Shown here in pieces: positions 58,930 to 64,000 of a stretch of 64,000 bases of DNA; the stretch's first letter is position 1; every line of letters begins with the position of its first letter. Both the position numbers and the translations under genes were made by a program. Origin of the DNA: Thermoplasmatota archaeon. Lineage in GTDB: Archaea; Thermoplasmatota; JAKEGO01. The stretch spans positions 32,001 to 96,000 of the forward strand of contig JANQNK010000020.1 of the NCBI GenBank assembly GCA_028279595.1, given 5' to 3'. The notes beneath the pieces are model-generated. The model was given only the letters and a program-made list of their open reading frames with translations, was not told where the DNA came from and searched no databases.

Positions 58930-60929
58930 TACGCCGACCTTCTCCTGAGAAGCAATGCCGCGATGAGAGCGATCAATATGACGATGGCTAGTCCAGAGAT
59001 CAGCGCAGCGTCGAACTCATCTTGCTTTTCAGCGACCTTGTACGTGAACGAGCAGCAGCCCGCCTTCATCGTATGGAACATGGCCCCCCTCGAGTCATCC
59101 GTCTCGAAGTAGAACTCCACCACCGTTCCCGCATCCTGCCCGGGGATCCAGCCCTTGTACGAATCACCTGATCCCGAGAGGTCCCTCGCATGCCATTCTC
59201 CACCATCCACCCTGTAATACACCTTCACTCCGTTAACGTCGAGGTTGGTGGCATTCCCCACGGTGACCTTGAGCGGGAACGACTTGCCGTCGTCCACCTC
59301 GGTCATTTCCTGATCATAGGCGATGTAGGGTGCATCCACGTCAAGGTCATGGTAGCCGTTGTCCCTGCCGACCTTCGCCTCGTTCGCGATCCTGCTGATA
59401 TAGAGGTTGCATCCAAGGAGCATCCTGCAGGTCGGAATGATCATCTCCTCGAGGGGGTGGAAGCCGCCCTGAGAACCAGTATTCAATTCCATAGTGTAGG
59501 ACAGCGTTCCGTGGGCCCCGTACATGTAGTCCCCCCATTCTCCGGAGACCTTGTATCCGCCCTGGTCCTTCCATGAGCCGTAATCGGTGATGTCCATCAT
59601 CCGCGTACCGACCGTCCTCAACAGCCCTTCATGCTCGGGGTCCTCGTACGTGTAGCCCCATGGCCAGATGACGAGTGCGCTGTACGAGTGATAGGACATA
59701 GCCATGATGACGTTCGATTTACCGTCGTGATAGTCCGGCCTGTCCCCGTCTGGGTATTCCTCTGCGTCCTCGTCGACGATGTCGAGCTTCTTCATGAGTT
59801 CCCGGATCGCCTGGGTCTCGGGTTCCGTGAACCCTCCGTCCTTGTCCTCGTCAACCATGCCGTCGCCGTCGTCGTCCCGGCCGTTCCAGTAATCCTCGTC
59901 GACGCCGTCCGGGTCGTATATCCGGTTGCCCGTGATCGGGTCAACACCGACGAAGCTGTCCCCGTCCTGGTCGACGTCGTCGTCTGGTCCCCTGTACTGT
60001 CCGTCCCACTCGTTCCGGGAGTCCGATACGACGGTCACGCCGTTGGTGTCGACGACGTAACCCTTCTCGTTCCTGTTCCACTCGAAGGGGTAGTTCCTGT
60101 TGAGGTCAACGCCGTCGGTGTTGCTGTTGAAGGATCCGTCGCCGCTGCTCCTCTTCCCGCCGTTTATGCTCTGGTCCCGCTGGTTCTTGCGCCATCCCCC
60201 GCCATCGCCGGGTTCCGAGATGGTCCTGTCGTACTCGTAGCCGTCGGGATTGAGCATGGGCACGACCCAGATCTCCCGGTGATTGACCAGGTATGTTGCC
60301 AACGCCTCGCTGGCGTCCTCGTCGATGCCCTCGTCGATAAGGCCGTCGCCGTCGTTGTCGTGGCCGTCCATTCGCGCAACGGTTTCGTTGTCCCCGTCGT
60401 CATCCTCACCGTCGCCGTCGTCGTCGATCCCGTTGAGGGGGTCCTCGTTCAGGAGCCCGTCCATGTCGTTGTCGATAGGAGATGAATCGTAGTAGTGTAC
60501 CAGGTACTCGATGAAGTACAGGCATACGCTCAGGCTCATCCATTCCCTGGCATGATGCAGGCCGACGATCAATATGTCCTCCTCGTCGGGGTCGTTGTAC
60601 CATATGTCCTCGACGTCCTGGCCGTCGGATATCTTGACCCCCCAGATGGATCGATCGTACCAGGTCGCGCCGTTGTCAGTCATCTCCGAAAGGTCGGTAA
60701 TGCTCACGATATCCGGGTTGTACATGGCGAGCATCTGGAGTCTTGTCGTCACCTCATCGTACGAAGGATATTCCAGGAACCCCTCGTCGATCGGATAGAC
60801 GATGGTGGAATTACCCTCCTCCTCCATCGCCGTGCGGTCATTCCGATGGCTCGTTACCGACAGAGACGTCGCCGGGACGGCAGCAGTGCTGAGAAGCAGT
60901 AGGGCGATCAAGAGGGCCCCAGACCTCAT
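58926..60929 (-). CDS. Secreted, membrane-anchored M14 zinc carboxypeptidase with acidic DxDGDG repeats
   Basis: HHAREW, P.LNPDG, WRKN, GVDLNRN, EPET, SYHSY, catalytic E in TMEL; C-terminal TM followed by RRR. Confidence 0.9.
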   Translation of the reverse strand: MRSGALLIALLLLSTAAVPATSLSVTSHRNDRTAMEEEGNSTIVYPIDEGFLEYPSYDEVTTRLQMLAMYNPDIVSITDLSEMTDNGATWYDRSIWGVKISDGQDVEDIWYNDPDEEDILIVGLHHAREWMSLSVCLYFIEYLVHYYDSSPIDNDMDGLLNEDPLNGIDDDGDGEDDDGDNETVARMDGHDNDGDGLIDEGIDEDASEALATYLVNHREIWVVPMLNPDGYEYDRTISEPGDGGGWRKNQRDQSINGGKRSSGDGSFNSNTDGVDLNRNYPFEWNRNEKGYVVDTNGVTVVSDSRNEWDGQYRGPDDDVDQDGDSFVGVDPITGNRIYDPDGVDEDYWNGRDDDGDGMVDEDKDGGFTEPETQAIRELMKKLDIVDEDAEEYPDGDRPDYHDGKSNVIMAMSYHSYSALVIWPWGYTYEDPEHEGLLRTVGTRMMDITDYGSWKDQGGYKVSGEWGDYMYGAHGTLSYTMELNTGSQGGFHPLEEMIIPTCRMLLGCNLYISRIANEAKVGRDNGYHDLDVDAPYIAYDQEMTEVDDGKSFPLKVTVGNATNLDVNGVKVYYRVDGGEWHARDLSGSGDSYKGWIPGQDAGTVVEFYFETDDSRGAMFHTMKAGCCSFTYKVAEKQDEFDAALISGLAIVILIALIAALLLRRRSAY

Positions 60930-60979
60930 GATGCTGTCAGGTGATGGATTCTATTAAAACGTTTCGAGCCAGGATGTGT

Positions 60980-63900
60980 TCAATACTCGCTCCATTCCTT
61001 GACTGGCAGTTCATCGAAATCATGCACTTGAAGCGCCTCGATCAACCTCTCGGTCAACCTGAGGTTCGTGAACAGGGGTACCTCGTTGTCGATGGCAGCC
61101 CTGCGGATCAGGTAATCGTTGGAGAGCTCCTCCTCCTCGTTGTTCTTCGGTATGTTGATGACCATGCCGATCTTGCCGTTGCTGATGTGTTCTATGCTGT
61201 TCGGCTTGCCGCCGTCCAGGGGCCATCTCAGCGTTTCGGTGTCGAACCCGTTCCTCCTCATGAAACGGGCTGTGCCGGACGTGGCATAGAACCGATACCC
61301 CATCTCCTTCATCTTCGTCAGTGCTGGTAGGAACGCCCTCTTGGTCTCTATCGGTCCAGTGGATATCAGCACGGTCTTTCCGTTCATCTTCAGCCCGACG
61401 GAGCGTAGCGCTGACAGCAGGGCTTCCTCCATGTCGTGCCCGAAGCAGGCTACCTCTCCCGTGGATGCCATGGCCACACCCATGGTCGGGTCCGCCCCCT
61501 TCAGTCTGGAGAAGGAGAACTGTGCAGCCTTGACACCGACCAGGTCGAGGTCCAATGCCGACCCTTCCACCCTGCTCACGGGCTCTCCGAGGATCGCCTT
61601 CGTGGCAATGTCTATGAAGTTTTTCCTCAGCACCTTCGAGGCGAACGGGAAGGTCCTCGACGCCCTGAGGTTGCACTCGATCACCTTCAGCCTGTTCTCC
61701 TGAGCGATGAACTGGATGTTGAACGGTCCTGTGATGTCGAGGGCCGATACGATCTTTCTGGCGGACTGTTTGATCCTTCGGGTCGTCTCGACGTAGAGCC
61801 TCTGTGGCGGGATAACGACCGTAGCGTCACCGGAATGGACACCGGCGTTCTCTACGTGCTCACCTATCGCGTAGAGGAGGATCTCGCCGTTGGAGGCCAC
61901 CCCGTCGAACTCGACCTCCTTGGCGTTCTCGATGAACTTGGAGACGACGACCGGCGTCTCCGGGTTGACATCCGTCGCCCTGGTGAGGTATGCATCGAGG
62001 CTCTCTCTGTCCCAAACCACCGCCATGGCTGCGCCCGAGAGGACGTAGGACGGTCTTATCATGACGGGGAATCCGACCCTGTCAGCGAACACCGCCGCCT
62101 CCCGGATACTGCTCGCCTCGGTCCACTGAGGCTGGTCGATCTCGAGTCTGTCCAGGAGCGACGAGAACTTGTTCCTGTCCTCGGCCCTGTCTATGTCCAC
62201 CGGCGACGTCCCCAGTATCCTGACTCCCTTCTTGTGGAGCATCGGAGCCAGCGTGTTCGGCTCCTGCCCGCCCATAGATACGATGACACCCTCGGGGAGC
62301 TCGAACTCGTAGATGTCCAGAACCCTCTCGAGGGACAGCTCCTCGAAGTAGAGCCTGTCGCAGATGTCGTAGTCGGTGGAGACCGTCTCCGGATTGCAGT
62401 TGACCATTATCGTGAGATAACCGCAGGCCCTGGCGGTCCTAACGGCGTTCACGCAGCACCAGTCGAACTCCACGCTGGAGCCGATGCGATAGGATCCGCC
62501 CCCGAGCACCATCGCCGCACCCGCCCGCGGCTCAACGTCGTGGTCGGTGCCGGAATATGTCATGTAGAGGTAGTTCGTGGTCGCCGGGTATTCCGCGGCC
62601 AGGGTGTCGATCTGCTTGATGACGGGAAGTATCCCGTACTTCTTCCGCAGCGACCTGACCTTCGCCTGCGTCGAGCCTGTGGCCAGCGCTATCTGGAGGT
62701 CGCTGAAGCCGAGCCTCTTCGCCCGTTTCAGGACGTCAGGCCACGGAGTGCCCTTCTTCCGGCCTGTCAGCTCCTTCCTCATGGCGCCGATGGCAGCGAT
62801 CCGGTGGAGGAACCATCGGTCGATGTACGTCCTGTCATGGACCTCGTCGATGGTCAGACCGTCGGACAACGCCTCGGCCACTGCGAACACCCTCCTCTCC
62901 GTCGGGCTCGCCAGTTCCGCATCGAGGTCCTCGAACTCGAACCTGTTGAGGACCAGCCCGTTCATTCCTGTCCCGATCATCCTCAGGGCCTTCTGGAGGG
63001 CCTCCTCGAAGGTCCTGCCGATGGCCATGACCTCTCCGACGCTCTTCATCTGGGATCCGATGCAGGTATCCACCCACCTGAATCGTTCGAGGTCCCATCG
63101 CGGGACCTTGACGACGACGTAATCGAGGGCCGGCTCGAAGAAGGCGACGGTGGAACCGGTCACAGTGTTGGGTATGGATGCCAATGACGCCCCGACCGCC
63201 AGGTGGGCGGCGACTGCGGCGAGAGGATAGCCTGTGGCCTTGCTTGCGAGCGCGGATGAACGTGAAAGACGGGCGTTGACCTCTATGACGCGGTAGTCGT
63301 TGCTGAACGGATCCAGCCCGTACTGGATGTTGCACTCTCCGACGATGCCTAGGTGCCTCACCGTCCTGATGGCGACCTCCCTGAGCATGTGGTACTCATC
63401 GTTCGTCAGCGTCTGGCTCGGCGCCACGACGATGCTCTCTCCGGTGTGAATACCCATGGGATCGAGGTTCTCCATGTTGCAGACGGTGATGCAGTTGTCA
63501 TAGGAGTCCCGTACGACCTCGTACTCGACCTCCTTCCATCCTTCGAGGAATTCCTCTACAAGGACCTGGGGGGCCGTGGCCAGCGCAGCCTTCGCTATCG
63601 AGTTGAGCTCCCGTGCGTTCCTGGCAACCCCGCTCCCCATCCCTCCGAGGGCGTAGGCGGAACGGACCATGACCGGGAAACCGATCCTCTCGGCGGCTGC
63701 CGAAGCCTGCTTGACCGTTGTACAGGCCTTCGACCTCGCTGTCTTGACGTCGATCTCGTCAAGGCGCTTGACGAACCGTTCCCTGTCCTCCGTGTCCTTG
63801 ATGGATTCGATCGGAGTTCCCAGGACCTCGACCTTGAAGCGCTTGAGGACCCCGGAGTCGTTCAGCTCCACACCGACGTTCAGACCGGTCTGGCCTCCGA

Positions 63901-64000
63901 ATCCTAGCAGGATGCCGTCGGGGCGTTCACGCTCGATCACCCTTGCGACGGTATCGTGGTCGACCGGCAGCAGGTACAACCTGTCCGCCATCCCCTCCGA
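60980..64000 (-). CDS. carB: Carbamoyl-phosphate synthase large subunit (5' truncated by window edge)
   Basis: GGQTGLN, GWKEVEYEV.RD, MG.HTGES, EVNARLSRSSALASKATGYP, EFDWC, NCNPETVSTD, C-terminal MGS domain. Confidence 0.98.
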   Translation of the reverse strand, partial: SEGMADRLYLLPVDHDTVARVIERERPDGILLGFGGQTGLNVGVELNDSGVLKRFKVEVLGTPIESIKDTEDRERFVKRLDEIDVKTARSKACTTVKQASAAAERIGFPVMVRSAYALGGMGSGVARNARELNSIAKAALATAPQVLVEEFLEGWKEVEYEVVRDSYDNCITVCNMENLDPMGIHTGESIVVAPSQTLTNDEYHMLREVAIRTVRHLGIVGECNIQYGLDPFSNDYRVIEVNARLSRSSALASKATGYPLAAVAAHLAVGASLASIPNTVTGSTVAFFEPALDYVVVKVPRWDLERFRWVDTCIGSQMKSVGEVMAIGRTFEEALQKALRMIGTGMNGLVLNRFEFEDLDAELASPTERRVFAVAEALSDGLTIDEVHDRTYIDRWFLHRIAAIGAMRKELTGRKKGTPWPDVLKRAKRLGFSDLQIALATGSTQAKVRSLRKKYGILPVIKQIDTLAAEYPATTNYLYMTYSGTDHDVEPRAGAAMVLGGGSYRIGSSVEFDWCCVNAVRTARACGYLTIMVNCNPETVSTDYDICDRLYFEELSLERVLDIYEFELPEGVIVSMGGQEPNTLAPMLHKKGVRILGTSPVDIDRAEDRNKFSSLLDRLEIDQPQWTEASSIREAAVFADRVGFPVMIRPSYVLSGAAMAVVWDRESLDAYLTRATDVNPETPVVVSKFIENAKEVEFDGVASNGEILLYAIGEHVENAGVHSGDATVVIPPQRLYVETTRRIKQSARKIVSALDITGPFNIQFIAQENRLKVIECNLRASRTFPFASKVLRKNFIDIATKAILGEPVSRVEGSALDLDLVGVKAAQFSFSRLKGADPTMGVAMASTGEVACFGHDMEEALLSALRSVGLKMNGKTVLISTGPIETKRAFLPALTKMKEMGYRFYATSGTARFMRRNGFDTETLRWPLDGGKPNSIEHISNGKIGMVINIPKNNEEEELSNDYLIRRAAIDNEVPLFTNLRLTERLIEALQVHDFDELPVKEWSEY

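Noticed and set aside
61436-63187. 583-aa plus-strand ORF, and similar long antisense ORFs (7188..8507, 55974..56933, 703..1683)
   Set aside because: Shadow frames of well-supported genes caused by high GC3; no recognisable motifs

Overview
Chromosomal segment (GC-rich background) of an uncultured Thermoplasmata (Thermoplasmatota) archaeon, judged from its 16S sequence, the unlinked 16S (36542-38009, -) and 5S (23103-23223, -) genes, and archaeal housekeeping genes (rpoK, rps2, pheT, pelota, priS, carB). It carries a clustered archaeal (modified) mevalonate pathway (mvk, UbiD-type decarboxylase, two AcnX subunits, ubiX) with an embedded LpdD-like putative prFMN chaperone, an apbE-rnfCDGEAB operon and several cell-surface proteins. 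The most unusual elements are: (1) a ~1,476-aa alpha-2-macroglobulin/complement-like protein with an intact GCGEQ thioester and a predicted transmembrane hairpin inside its bait region, followed by a wHTH-polytopic membrane protein; (2) two tandem, AT-richer, 1.7-1.8 kaa beta-helix surface proteins ending in a TM helix plus double winged-helix domain (giant membrane-tethered regulators); (3) a multi-hairpin H/ACA guide RNA not in the ORF track (~1547-1755, -), with one pocket fitting 23S helix 69; (4) a membrane protein with a C4HC3 RING-like finger. No CRISPR array, tRNA, transposase or integrase was recognised. All family calls come from motif recognition by eye, not database searches.
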